DNA of 37,450 bases, taken from a virus (Duplodnaviria; Caudoviricetes). The stretch covers positions 1 through 37,450 of IMG/VR virus record IMGVR_UViG_3300042905_000504, one strand, 5' to 3'. Below the pieces are notes generated by a model. That model made no database searches. It was not told where the DNA came from and saw only the letters and a list, made by a program, of their open reading frames with translations. The position numbers were made by a program, and so were the translations under genes. Below, piece by piece: positions 8,594 through 17,021 of the stretch (position 1 is the first letter of the stretch; every line of letters begins with the position of its first letter).

Positions 8594-9157
8594 TCAGCTC
8601 CTGCGGATAGCGACGTTGCCCGGTCCACTGATTCTAAGGCCAGTCAGGTACCGCTCCATAATCGGCGGCACCTTATCCGCACCAACGGCGCCGTAGCCGA
8701 GGTTTGGCGTCACGTCAAGGCTGCCGATCTTGACATTCTTGTAGTCCTCCAGCCCGCTCAGGCCAAGTCCATCAGGGTTGTTGTGCAGGTACGTTGCCAG
8801 CACGACCTGCGCATATTGCACCTGCGTTGGGATCTCGGTGTCAGTAAAGTAATCCGTCGTGATGCGGAATGGGAACCCTACCGCGTAGGTGTTGATATAG
8901 GTGTCAGGCTTGCGCACACCAGTACGCGGCCACTGCAGCGCCTGCGTATCAGTCGCTCGTGCACCAAGGAATCGCTCACGGTCTAGCCGTTGCGTTGCGG
9001 TAAACAGCGCTCGGTTCTTCTGGTCAGTGGTAGCTGATGCCCATGCGGTGACATCAGCATCCTGCACAAAACCGTCAATGATCGCCTGCGCTGCTGCCAG
9101 CGTCAGGTAACTGTTTGCGTCGGCCGCGCCTGGCGTGGCCACGATTGTGATTGCCAT
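8594..9157 (-). CDS. Head-tail connector (DnaT_2-like phage family)
   Basis: ADANSYLTLA, ALFTATQRLD, QALQWPR, IPTQVQYAQ, VKIGSLDV motifs. Confidence 0.8.
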   Translation of the reverse strand: MAITIVATPGAADANSYLTLAAAQAIIDGFVQDADVTAWASATTDQKNRALFTATQRLDRERFLGARATDTQALQWPRTGVRKPDTYINTYAVGFPFRITTDYFTDTEIPTQVQYAQVVLATYLHNNPDGLGLSGLEDYKNVKIGSLDVTPNLGYGAVGADKVPPIMERYLTGLRISGPGNVAIRRS

Positions 9158-9263
9158 CGTCAGGCTCCGGTATGTCTAGTTTAGGCTCTGGCATAGAAAG
9201 AGAGGCCACCTCCGTAGAGGCAGCCTCACGATCACGCAGTCGCCGGAAAGCGAACAGCCCCAT
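9075..9263 (-). CDS. Small hypothetical protein (MGLFAFRR...)
   Basis: ATG overlaps the upstream stop (TGATG) and the ORF fills the gap. Its 3' end overlaps the connector gene by 83 nt. Confidence 0.55.
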   Translation of the reverse strand: MGLFAFRRLRDREAASTEVASLSMPEPKLDIPEPDDGNHNRGHARRGRRKQLPDAGSSAGDH

Positions 9264-9661
9264 CAGACGCGCTTTAGCAGCACGGTGATGATCACACCAG
9301 CCAGAGTGGTGGTGGTGCCGGTGACATCAAGCGACAGGCGGTTGCCTGCTTCGAGGGTCAGATCGGCAGTGGTGGTGGTCAGGGCAGGGGTTTGCTCGGT
9401 CAGAGCAGTTCCCTTGAAGTTGATCGTAGCGCTGAGCAGGTCATCGCCAGCGGTAGCGGCCTCGGTGCCTTGGCAACGACGGATCGTGCCAGTGACAGCC
9501 GAGGCATCGTTACCGGCGGTGGCGTGCACCTCACGGATGCTGACCACTTCGCACTTCACCGGAGCGGTGTAGAACTGCACATCAGCCACCGAAGAGGCGA
9601 TGCAGTGGGTAGCAACCAGATACTGCTCGGTTGACAGTTCAAACTGGGAAGGTTGTGCCAT
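9263..9661 (-). CDS. Probable capsid decoration / minor structural protein
   Basis: Directly after the capsid gene, Thr/Ala-rich and beta-rich, GAGG SD. Confidence 0.6.
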   Translation of the reverse strand: MAQPSQFELSTEQYLVATHCIASSVADVQFYTAPVKCEVVSIREVHATAGNDASAVTGTIRRCQGTEAATAGDDLLSATINFKGTALTEQTPALTTTTADLTLEAGNRLSLDVTGTTTTLAGVIITVLLKRV

Positions 9662-9672
9662 GGTTAGTTACC

Positions 9673-10704
9673 TCAATCAAAGTTGGAGGTGTTGGTGGCG
9701 CGCACGATGCCGAGGTTCTTCAGCTCGTACACCTTCGACCAGTTGCCGACGGTTTCCAGTTGAGCGCGGGTCGGGTTGGTGGTGGTCACGCCCCACTTAG
9801 CGCCAACGGGGTGGTAGCAGTAATGCAGGTCGATCGACATGGCATCGCTCTTGGCGAGGATGTCACGGTCGGTTTCGGTCTGCATTGCGAGCTGCTCACC
9901 GCTGGCCACTGCTCCTTGGGTGAAGAAGTAGGTGGCGTACTCGGTGGAGCTGCCGCTGCCGTCGGTTTGCACGTCGTCCGACACCAAAACCCTGAGACCC
10001 ATGTATGTGGGGACTGTGGGATTGCCGTAAGCATTGGCAATGCTGCCGCCTACGAAGTCGGTGACGCTGGAGGTCAGACGTGCGTCGGTCTCGGTCACGT
10101 AGTCAATAGCGCGACGCTCAACCAGGTCGTAATAGACCTTGGAGTGCATGCACACAGCCGCCAGCTTGTCGCCTTGGTCGCCCAGCAGGCTGCGGGCTTC
10201 GGCAACGTGGCGGGGGCTCAGCGTGGTGGGGGTGTCGCCAGACTCGCCGTCAATGGTCAGGCCAAAGAAAGCAGCAGAGCTGGAAGTAGCGCCGAGGCTG
10301 CCGAACACACCGGCCAGGCAGGACAGCAGGTCCTTTTGACGCTGATTAGCAACGTAATCAGCGATCTTGGCGCCGATAGCAGCCATGGGGTCAGCGCCAG
10401 CAGCCAGGGCTGCCAAATCGCGGGCCTCAAAGGCGCGGCCACGGTGCAGGATCACGCCGACTTGCTTATCAGCGGTGATTTTGCCGGGGGTCAGGGAGGT
10501 GCTGTCGGTCAGCACTTCAAAGTCGCCGGACAGGTTGGCTTTCCAGAAGGGGACGTTGATAAAGTCACCACCCTCAGTTGCATTCAGCTCCGCCAGAGGC
10601 TGCACCACACCGGAAGCCAGGAAGGCATCGCGCTGGGTGGTTTGCTCAATTAAATACGGAGTAAAGATTTCTGGGATGATGATGTCAGAGCGAAGAGTCG
10701 CCAT
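9673..10704 (-). CDS. Major capsid protein
   Basis: 343 aa, IIIPEIFTPY, GGDFINVPFW, MHSKVY, ETDRDIL, YCYHPVG. Follows the scaffold gene. Confidence 0.92.
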   Translation of the reverse strand: MATLRSDIIIPEIFTPYLIEQTTQRDAFLASGVVQPLAELNATEGGDFINVPFWKANLSGDFEVLTDSTSLTPGKITADKQVGVILHRGRAFEARDLAALAAGADPMAAIGAKIADYVANQRQKDLLSCLAGVFGSLGATSSSAAFFGLTIDGESGDTPTTLSPRHVAEARSLLGDQGDKLAAVCMHSKVYYDLVERRAIDYVTETDARLTSSVTDFVGGSIANAYGNPTVPTYMGLRVLVSDDVQTDGSGSSTEYATYFFTQGAVASGEQLAMQTETDRDILAKSDAMSIDLHYCYHPVGAKWGVTTTNPTRAQLETVGNWSKVYELKNLGIVRATNTSNFD

Positions 10705-10733
10705 GATTCATCTCGGGGGAATGGTTTACGGTG

Positions 10734-10769
10734 TGGGCGCAGCCCAATGCACCAGCGCAGCCGGTTGCA
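10734..10769 (-). promoter_or_regulatory. Two tandem CUGCG-loop hairpins in the capsid 5' leader
   Basis: Minus strand ACCGG-CTGCG-CTGGT (10765-10751) and TGGG-CTGCG-CCCA (10746-10734). Confidence 0.6.
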
Positions 10770-10775
10770 AATAGC

Positions 10776-11447
10776 TTAGCGGTTAGCTGTTGCTTTCATG
10801 CGGTCATACAGGTCACGGTCTGTACGAAACAGCCGCGCCTGTTCGGTCAAGTTGAATGTATCCCTGTTGAACGGATTGGTCATCCCAGCAGGGATTCCTC
10901 CAGTGCTAGCGCCTGCTGATGGTGCACCGCTGCCCTGCGGCTTGGGTTGCTTTTGCATCCAGCTTGGCAGCGTCTTGGCCCATTCGCTAACGGGTGTGCG
11001 CTGGTAGCCATCGACCACCACGACAGTGCCATCAGGGTCGCGCTCGATCTGGTCGGCGCTCAGTTTGGTCTTTAACACCATGTCAGGGTCGTGCACGATG
11101 TCGGCCAATGCCGTTACCGCTGGTGTGACAAGCTCCAGCTCACGCACGCGTGATTCAAGCTCTGCAATGCGCTTGTCCTTTTCTGCTGTCGCCTCGCGGA
11201 ACTGCGCCTCTAAGGCTTGCCGTGCCTCTTGGTATTTGCCTTGAGATTCGAGCTGTTGCTGCTCATAGTTGCGCTTGAACTCAAGCAGCTCATCGACATT
11301 GACGCCATCGGGCAGCTTCGGCGCTTTGGATTTTGCTGCGCGCAGCTCAGCAATCAGCTCTTGGTTTTTGCGCTCCAGTGCTTCAACACTGCGTTGCAAG
11401 TCAACCTCAGTAGCCGCAGGCTCTGGGGTTTGTGTTTCATCAGACAT
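10776..11447 (-). CDS. Capsid scaffolding protein
   Basis: Coiled-coil N-terminal half, PQGSGAP linker, NPF..NLTEQARL C-terminus. Immediately upstream of the capsid gene. Confidence 0.85.
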   Translation of the reverse strand: MSDETQTPEPAATEVDLQRSVEALERKNQELIAELRAAKSKAPKLPDGVNVDELLEFKRNYEQQQLESQGKYQEARQALEAQFREATAEKDKRIAELESRVRELELVTPAVTALADIVHDPDMVLKTKLSADQIERDPDGTVVVVDGYQRTPVSEWAKTLPSWMQKQPKPQGSGAPSAGASTGGIPAGMTNPFNRDTFNLTEQARLFRTDRDLYDRMKATANR

Positions 11448-11450
11448 GGA

Positions 11451-11465
11451 TAAGCCGCAGGCTTA
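11451..11465 (-). promoter_or_regulatory. CUGCG-loop hairpin 3 nt upstream of the scaffold ATG
   Basis: Minus strand TAAGC-CTGCG-GCTTA-TCC-ATG. Confidence 0.6.
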
Positions 11466-11476
11466 ATTACGCTGCC

Positions 11477-11505
11477 ATCGTAATGGCGCGGTGTGATCGT
11501 GTCAA
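11477..11505 (-). promoter_or_regulatory. Sigma70-type promoter for scaffold/capsid
   Basis: TTGACA-17 nt-TACGAT on the minus strand. Confidence 0.7.
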
Positions 11506-11765
11506 AGCGTGAATGGGACACACCTGTGCGGGAACCGTGGAACCCGCTGATTAAGCAGTGCCTTGATGCAGTGGACCGGCATGAGGAGCTGTACCGCAGC
11601 ACCGGCAACGGATGGCACGCCGCCAAGGCACAAAACCTGCGGTGGTATGTAGCGGAGTTGAAGGATTGGATTCACGCGCAGGAGCGTGTCACCACTTCGT
11701 CTTGTCCGCCCAGTATGCCGGAGACATCTTCCCACGGGCAATGTTACTGGCGTGCCTTGCTTTGA
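11493..11765 (+). CDS. Hypothetical protein, antisense to the structural block (start may be GTG 11499)
   Basis: Fills the scaffold-upstream gap and reads as a protein-like helical sequence (REPWNPLIKQCLDAVDRH..WHAAKAQNLRWYVAELKDWI). Confidence 0.6.
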   Translation: MIVSKREWDTPVREPWNPLIKQCLDAVDRHEELYRSTGNGWHAAKAQNLRWYVAELKDWIHAQERVTTSSCPPSMPETSSHGQCYWRALL

Positions 11766-11961
11766 ATGATGCCCGTCTTGCTTTGTCTGCTGCCGATTCT
11801 CCTTTTCGTGCTGGTGAGCCAGACACGCCCTGCTGACCGAACCTGATCAGCTTCACGGTGTCGCCTTCTTTGGCCAGCACCGCATGGGATTTGGTCGGAT
11901 GGTTTGGCGTGCGCTTGGGTTTGTTGTAACCCTCAAACTGCTCGCCGCGATAGGTGATCAT
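11689..11961 (-). CDS. Small basic phage protein
   Basis: K/R-rich. KLIRFGQQG, RRASFKARH, PAYWADKTKW resemble a widespread phage family; ATGA coupling. Confidence 0.75.
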   Translation of the reverse strand: MITYRGEQFEGYNKPKRTPNHPTKSHAVLAKEGDTVKLIRFGQQGVSGSPARKGESAADKARRASFKARHASNIARGKMSPAYWADKTKW

Positions 11962-12122
11962 CGCTTTGGTTTTCGCTTTTTGGCAGTCTTAGCGGCTGCC
12001 TTAAATGCGGCAGCCGTTGGACGGCCCTTCTCGCCCTTGCGCGCCATGCGTTCGTCGCTGCCAGATTCAATCCGCTCGCGCTTGGCGCGGATATTGGCAT
12101 AAAGGCCAGGTTTCTTTGCCAT
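11958..12122 (-). CDS. Small basic protein (54 aa)
   Basis: Manual translation [54 protein letters not shown]. Coupled at both ends. Confidence 0.8.
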   Translation of the reverse strand: MAKKPGLYANIRAKRERIESGSDERMARKGEKGRPTAAAFKAAAKTAKKRKPKR

Positions 12123-12265
12123 CACTTCTTGCCCTTTGGCTTGCGGGACTTGCCAGCTTTGGACAGAGCGATGGCGACGGCTTGCTTTTGCGGTTTGCCT
12201 GCTTTCATCTCAGTCTTGATGTTGGCTGAAATGGTCTTTTGTGAACTACCTTTTTTCAGGGGCAC
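12122..12265 (-). CDS. Small basic protein (47 aa)
   Basis: Manual translation from GTG: [52 protein letters not shown] coupling to the next gene. Confidence 0.8.
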   Translation of the reverse strand: MPLKKGSSQKTISANIKTEMKAGKPQKQAVAIALSKAGKSRKPKGKK

Positions 12266-13493
12266 CGTACCGAGCGCGGAGATGCTCCAAGGTTAGCTCC
12301 GACCCGTCGTCACGCACCAGCTTGGCTAGCGCGTTCTGCGGTCCGTACTTTTCTGACAGCTTGTCAAAGTAGGCAACCTTGCCAGCGCCAAGCGCTTTTG
12401 CCTTAGTCGGCAGGTCTTGCTTAGCCAGCCACTGCCCGTAGGATTCATTCGCAGGCACCTGTCCCCCCTGGCTAGCACGGGTGCCTGCTGGTGGCGGCGT
12501 GAAACCTAGTTCGTCGTAGTCAATGACCGGAATGGTTGTGCTGCGGCAGTTGAAGTGCTGCGGTGGTGTCGGGCCTTTGCCATATTCAAACGTCTTGCCG
12601 TCCAACGCCCGGCAGATTGCGCTGGTGCGCGTGTCCAGCGTGGCGACGTACCTGTATTTCTTGGTGATGTCTTGATTGGCTTCATACACCTGCTGACTGG
12701 CGCTGTTGGCCACTTGGTTAATGCTGGTGCGCACCAGAGTGAGCACTTGGCTATTGGTCACAGATGTCATTTCACCACCAGCGGCAATGATCTTTTGAAG
12801 TGTCTTGCTGATTCTTGGTGGTGCTTGACCAAACACTAAACGTTGGCCGCTGCCTTCTAAGCTGCCGATCAGCCGCTTAGCAATGGCAGGCGTGGGTTCG
12901 CCGGTCAGCAGCCCTTGCCGCACCACCTGACTGAACCGCTCTGCCTGATCGACGGCGATGCCCCTGAATGCCTTGGTAACTGTCTCGCCATTGGGCAGCG
13001 TGATTGTTGCGCCCTTGGCAGCGGTCAGATTGAATACGCCAGTACCGGCTTGTTGAGCCAGTGCCTCTGCGCCATAGACCGACTTGAACAGGTCATCCGA
13101 TAGCGCTACCACGTTGAGTTGCGTCGGGTCGGTCGTGACGACCGATTGCGCAAATTGCGGGCTGATCTCTACGGTGTTTACGGCGTCACGAGCGCCAGCC
13201 GGTAGCGCCTTGCGTAGCTGATCTGCTACGAACTCAGACTGCAGCTCAGCGATGCCTTGCAGTTCCCTTGCCGTCAGCTCTGTGCTGTCGCCTGCCCAAG
13301 TTGCAAGCGAGTCCTTGAGTTGCGCCAAAATGCCACGCAGCCTGGCAGCCTTGACCGGTGCGGCTAGGTCGTCGATCGTGCGCAGTTGGTTAACGCTGTC
13401 GATGATGATGTCGTTGTAAGCATTGATGATCCGCCGCGCAACGCTATTGCTAAAGCGGTTCAGGTCAATGGCATTGCGGTATAACGCTTCCAT
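12246..13493 (-). CDS. Head morphogenesis / minor capsid protein (Mu gpF, SPP1 gp7 family)
   Basis: [38 protein letters not shown]. Confidence 0.92.
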   Translation of the reverse strand: MEALYRNAIDLNRFSNSVARRIINAYNDIIIDSVNQLRTIDDLAAPVKAARLRGILAQLKDSLATWAGDSTELTARELQGIAELQSEFVADQLRKALPAGARDAVNTVEISPQFAQSVVTTDPTQLNVVALSDDLFKSVYGAEALAQQAGTGVFNLTAAKGATITLPNGETVTKAFRGIAVDQAERFSQVVRQGLLTGEPTPAIAKRLIGSLEGSGQRLVFGQAPPRISKTLQKIIAAGGEMTSVTNSQVLTLVRTSINQVANSASQQVYEANQDITKKYRYVATLDTRTSAICRALDGKTFEYGKGPTPPQHFNCRSTTIPVIDYDELGFTPPPAGTRASQGGQVPANESYGQWLAKQDLPTKAKALGAGKVAYFDKLSEKYGPQNALAKLVRDDGSELTLEHLRARYGAPEKR

Positions 13494-13810
13494 CAGACAA
13501 TGCCCAGGTCTTGTGGTTTGTACTCAGACCGGATGCTGACATTAGCGCCGCGCTTTAATGCACCCTGCACCGCTGCAGCGAAGGCGTCGTAACCGTTCTG
13601 GCCGTCTTCCATAATGCGCAGCTCGTCCACTTCATCGGCTTTGCCGTCTTTGTACCACGTCAGTCGTATCACCGCCAGCACTTCATCTGGCAGTTTGCAC
13701 ATGGTGTAATCAAGTTCCTGCTTCCTGGGCTTCTTCGGCTCCATCCAGATCATCAGGTCCACCAGCCAGTCTGTCAGCTTGTCCAGCAGACGGTAGATCA
13801 AGCCCCGCAT
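13493..13810 (-). CDS. Hypothetical protein
   Basis: Stop coupled to the gpF start; 5' end overlaps the portal 3' end. Confidence 0.65.
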   Translation of the reverse strand: MRGLIYRLLDKLTDWLVDLMIWMEPKKPRKQELDYTMCKLPDEVLAVIRLTWYKDGKADEVDELRIMEDGQNGYDAFAAAVQGALKRGANVSIRSEYKPQDLGIV

Positions 13811-15155
13811 TGGATGTGGCCTCCAGCTCCTCGTCTACATCAAAGTTATCGCCCAGCACATCGCCTTCGGCAAGTTCGGTCAGCAGCGTTTCTTGGCTGA
13901 TGGTGCCAGCGGTGTAGAGCGACAGCAGCGCAGCGATGTCCTGCGGCTCAAGACGTGCGCCAAGGAAATCGCGGTTGACGTAAGCGCTACCGGCAGCAGT
14001 GGCATTGCCGAGGTACTGCGCGTGCCACTGCAGGCAGTTGTCGATCATGTCCTGCATATTTTGCGCAATCACCATCATGGTGCTGTCGCCTTGGCTGCGG
14101 TCGATGCGTTTTGCCTCAGCGGTCTCGGCGCTTAGCTTTTGGCCTAGCACTGCCGACAGGCCTAGCTCGTTGATCTGCAACGCAAGCTGCTCAAGCCTGC
14201 GGAATTGCGCTTCAAAGCTACGACCAGCAGGCTCGATGTACTCGGCGCGGCCTTCGGCTGGGAATGCAATCGCTTCGCCAGGCCCTGCTGATACCTCTTC
14301 AGCGCTCGACGGGAACCCGTAAAACGCCAGCATCGGCACGGCGCTGATATGCAGTTGGTTGTCGAGGTCCGACTGCACTTGGTAGGTCTTAAGGTTCAGC
14401 TCTGCGATGTCCTCAAGCGGCGGGCGTGACTCCATAAAGCCATGCCGCTGTGCATAGGCAATGCTGAACGGGATCTGGCTAAGGCTGGTGCGGCCTTCAT
14501 CGACGACGGTGAACTCACCACTGTCTTGCTTGCGGTGAATGCGGTACTCACCAGGCGTCAGCACACGGATCTGCTCGACAGCCTTCTCGCCAAACTCGCC
14601 ATCTGGCACCGTGACCACCTCGGCCAGCCTGAGCTGCGTTAGCACCTGCCTGCCTTCTTGCGTCTCGGTGCGCCAGCCAAGGATCTGCCGGGGTGTGTAG
14701 GTCACCCAATAGGGTCTACCCCCATTAGCAGGTGCATCCACCAATGTACCAATGTGGCCATACCTGACCATCTTGCGCGCTGCTTCATAAGTCCAAACAT
14801 TGAGGTCATTGCCTTGCAGGTCTACATCGAACAGTTGCTCGCGGATCGCGTCGGCGGTGTCATCCAGCCTGACTGGTTTGCGGGTCAGCATCCCGGCCAG
14901 CATCCGCTCAAGGCGGATGTAATACGGCGGGCAAACGCTACGGGCTAGACGGTTGTCGTAGGACTCGTCCAGCTCGCGTGGTTCTTGCGGCAGATACCGG
15001 CGATGCTTTTTACGCATCCCATAAGTGCCTTGCAGTAGATCTTCAATCAGAATCCAATGCGGCTCTTGGGCGTACCAAGACGTATTAGGGTCGTTGACTT
15101 TGGAGACGGTGCGCTGCGCTAGCGGCCGGTCATAAAAATTGAAGCCGGTGTACAC
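13710..15155 (-). CDS. Portal protein (DUF4055 type)
   Basis: 481 aa between TerL and gpF. YLPQEPRE..YDNRLARS, DVDLQGNDL, PPLEDIAELNLKTYQVQSD, ETAEAKRID. Confidence 0.9.
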   Translation of the reverse strand: MYTGFNFYDRPLAQRTVSKVNDPNTSWYAQEPHWILIEDLLQGTYGMRKKHRRYLPQEPRELDESYDNRLARSVCPPYYIRLERMLAGMLTRKPVRLDDTADAIREQLFDVDLQGNDLNVWTYEAARKMVRYGHIGTLVDAPANGGRPYWVTYTPRQILGWRTETQEGRQVLTQLRLAEVVTVPDGEFGEKAVEQIRVLTPGEYRIHRKQDSGEFTVVDEGRTSLSQIPFSIAYAQRHGFMESRPPLEDIAELNLKTYQVQSDLDNQLHISAVPMLAFYGFPSSAEEVSAGPGEAIAFPAEGRAEYIEPAGRSFEAQFRRLEQLALQINELGLSAVLGQKLSAETAEAKRIDRSQGDSTMMVIAQNMQDMIDNCLQWHAQYLGNATAAGSAYVNRDFLGARLEPQDIAALLSLYTAGTISQETLLTELAEGDVLGDNFDVDEELEATSNAGLDLPSAGQADRLAGGPDDLDGAEEAQEAGT

Positions 15156-15185
15156 AGCAGCACCGCCATTAACAGTGCCGTCAGT

Positions 15186-15317
15186 CTAAGGTTTCAGGTT
15201 CTGATGGCACGCGGGGTGGTTGTGGTGTGCCTTGTAGCCGCTGTCCTGACCAGCGACGTACACCATTGCCAGCAGCACGATGGCTGCAACGGCATTCATA
15301 AAGCGATTGTTGATCAT
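15186..15317 (-). CDS. Small membrane-anchored hypothetical protein (43 aa)
   Basis: MINNRFMNAVAAIVLLAMVYVAGQDSGYKAHHNHPACHQNLKP, with its own promoter upstream. Confidence 0.6.
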   Translation of the reverse strand: MINNRFMNAVAAIVLLAMVYVAGQDSGYKAHHNHPACHQNLKP

Positions 15318-15358
15318 GGTTGGAATGGTAAGGGATCGGCCTCGGCAGCCGTAAGCAC

Positions 15359-15391
15359 AAGATACCACCTAGCGCCGCCGTGGTCAACCCT
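15359..15391 (-). promoter_or_regulatory. Sigma70 promoter with extended -10
   Basis: TTGACC-17 nt-TATCTT with TGn. 18 bp are identical to 25364-25381. Confidence 0.7.
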
Positions 15392-16739
15392 AGTAAAGCC
15401 TGACGCCCGTGCCCCGGCCAGCGCCAGCGTGTAGCGGGTTGAACTCACGCCAGACCAGGTAGCCCAGCGCGTCGTTCATGTGGTCAAACCCTGCATCCTT
15501 GTCCGGCTCGCCCTTGTCGCTGTAGCACTGCAGCTCAAGGCACTCGATCACTCGCTTGCAAGTTTCTGACACTTGCAGCCTGACCTGACCCTTGCCGTTC
15601 TCCAGCAAAGCCTGAACAGCAGCCACCCGATCACGGACGGGAGGGTTACTCCGTGGTGACTGGTTGGACATGCCATAGGACTCCAAGATCTGGATGTCGG
15701 TCTGGCTTGCGTTAGTGCTGCGGCTGCCACCGCTCGCGTCGGGGTAGATGTACACCTGCTGCTGCGGATGCCGCCTGCGGATCTCTTGCGCCAAGGCGTC
15801 AGTGTCATGCGCACCTGCAATCTCATCCACGACTAGCAGGCCACTGCCAAGCCGGACGGCAATGACCGCAGACATGTTGCCCACGTTGAAGTCAATGCCA
15901 ACACGCACCGGCTCGCGGCTGATGTCCGGCACTGTGGCGGTGACATGCTTGGCCCGGTCGAAGCGGTCATACACCTGCCCGGTTGTTAGGTTGACGAACT
16001 CGCCGTCAAGGTACGCCCGCAGCAGGCTTGGGTCGTAGTTGGCCTCTAGCCGCTCGATAAAGTCCGGCGGTAGGTGCGGGTTGTCCGCCGTGCGCATCTT
16101 GATTAGATGCCGGTCTGGCCTGGCCTTAGCCTCGTCGCTGCCAAATGTGTTCCACATCCACCGGAACCCCTCTGGTGTCGATGCCGCGCCAAACTGCCGC
16201 ACATTGCCGGAGCGGAGTCGGCCAAGGATTTTAGGGAATGCCTTATTGGCAATGCTTGGCGTGACGGTGTCGATCTCGTCCGCTAGCACCCATGCAAGGT
16301 TCAGGCCGATGATGCGTGACCAGTTTTCAAAGCTACGGCACAGGATTTTTGTATCACCGCCCGGCAGGTGCAGCATGTACTCCGGCAGCGGGCTAGCCCT
16401 GAAGGTGTATGGGATGTCATACGCCTCAAGGAATGCCTCAAAGTCCGTCTGCCAGATATCGCGGATCAGTGGCCCCGTCGGCTCCATCACGCAGCCAATA
16501 AAGCCCTGGTTGACCGCCGCCAGCATCACAGCCTTGGCGCACAGCGCTCTGGTCTTGCCCGCGCCATAACCTGCGCTGATACCAAGGATCTGCGTTGCGG
16601 TGTCATCCACAAACGCAAGCTGCCCTGGGTGCAGGTCAGCACGGATGCGGGCAACTAGATCATCTGTGTCCTCTGGCGTCTGCTGCTGCATGAACGCAAG
16701 CAGCGGCACTGGTTCGCAGATGCCGCTGACGATGCTCAC
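15390..16739 (-). CDS. terL: Terminase large subunit
   Basis: Walker A SAGYGAGKT, Walker B WVLADEID, ASTPEG, nuclease GIDFN, YPDASG, DHMNDALGY. Confidence 0.95.
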   Translation of the reverse strand: MSIVSGICEPVPLLAFMQQQTPEDTDDLVARIRADLHPGQLAFVDDTATQILGISAGYGAGKTRALCAKAVMLAAVNQGFIGCVMEPTGPLIRDIWQTDFEAFLEAYDIPYTFRASPLPEYMLHLPGGDTKILCRSFENWSRIIGLNLAWVLADEIDTVTPSIANKAFPKILGRLRSGNVRQFGAASTPEGFRWMWNTFGSDEAKARPDRHLIKMRTADNPHLPPDFIERLEANYDPSLLRAYLDGEFVNLTTGQVYDRFDRAKHVTATVPDISREPVRVGIDFNVGNMSAVIAVRLGSGLLVVDEIAGAHDTDALAQEIRRRHPQQQVYIYPDASGGSRSTNASQTDIQILESYGMSNQSPRSNPPVRDRVAAVQALLENGKGQVRLQVSETCKRVIECLELQCYSDKGEPDKDAGFDHMNDALGYLVWREFNPLHAGAGRGTGVRLY

Positions 16740-16861
16740 AAAACCTTGTGAACGGTTGTTTTGACGCTGCCGTCAGGCTTAACGGCAATGCGATGCAGGA
16801 TGCGCGGCTCGTCGCCTTTGGGCTTAAGCAACCTACCGACAGCGGTGACTTCAGGCTTCAT
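16736..16861 (-). CDS. Small hypothetical protein (41 aa)
   Basis: Manual translation MKPEVTAVGRLLKPKGDEPRILHRIAVKPDGSVKTTVHKVL. GTGA overlap with terL. Confidence 0.6.
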   Translation of the reverse strand: MKPEVTAVGRLLKPKGDEPRILHRIAVKPDGSVKTTVHKVL

Positions 16862-16985
16862 CAGCGTCATCAAAAATAGTTTCCAACAGCTCAGCCTTAA
16901 CGATTTCAAGGCAGCCGATCAGTTCAGCGGCTGACAGCTCAGAGTCGTTCATGGCTTGAGCGACTGCAGCAAGGAAGTCTTCCAT
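16851..16985 (-). CDS. Small acidic hypothetical protein (44 aa)
   Basis: Manual translation MEDFLAAVAQAMNDSELSAAELIGCLEIVKAELLETIFDDADEA. Confidence 0.6.
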   Translation of the reverse strand: MEDFLAAVAQAMNDSELSAAELIGCLEIVKAELLETIFDDADEA

Positions 16986-17021
16986 GGTGTGACGTGGTGA
17001 CAGTTGGAGCTTAGCGCCTAG

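Noticed and set aside
9631-10653. 340-aa plus-strand ORF, and similar long antisense ORFs such as 3633-4430, 16039-16569 and 20461-20967
   Set aside because: Shadow ORFs opposite well-supported genes in GC-rich DNA, with no recognisable motifs.
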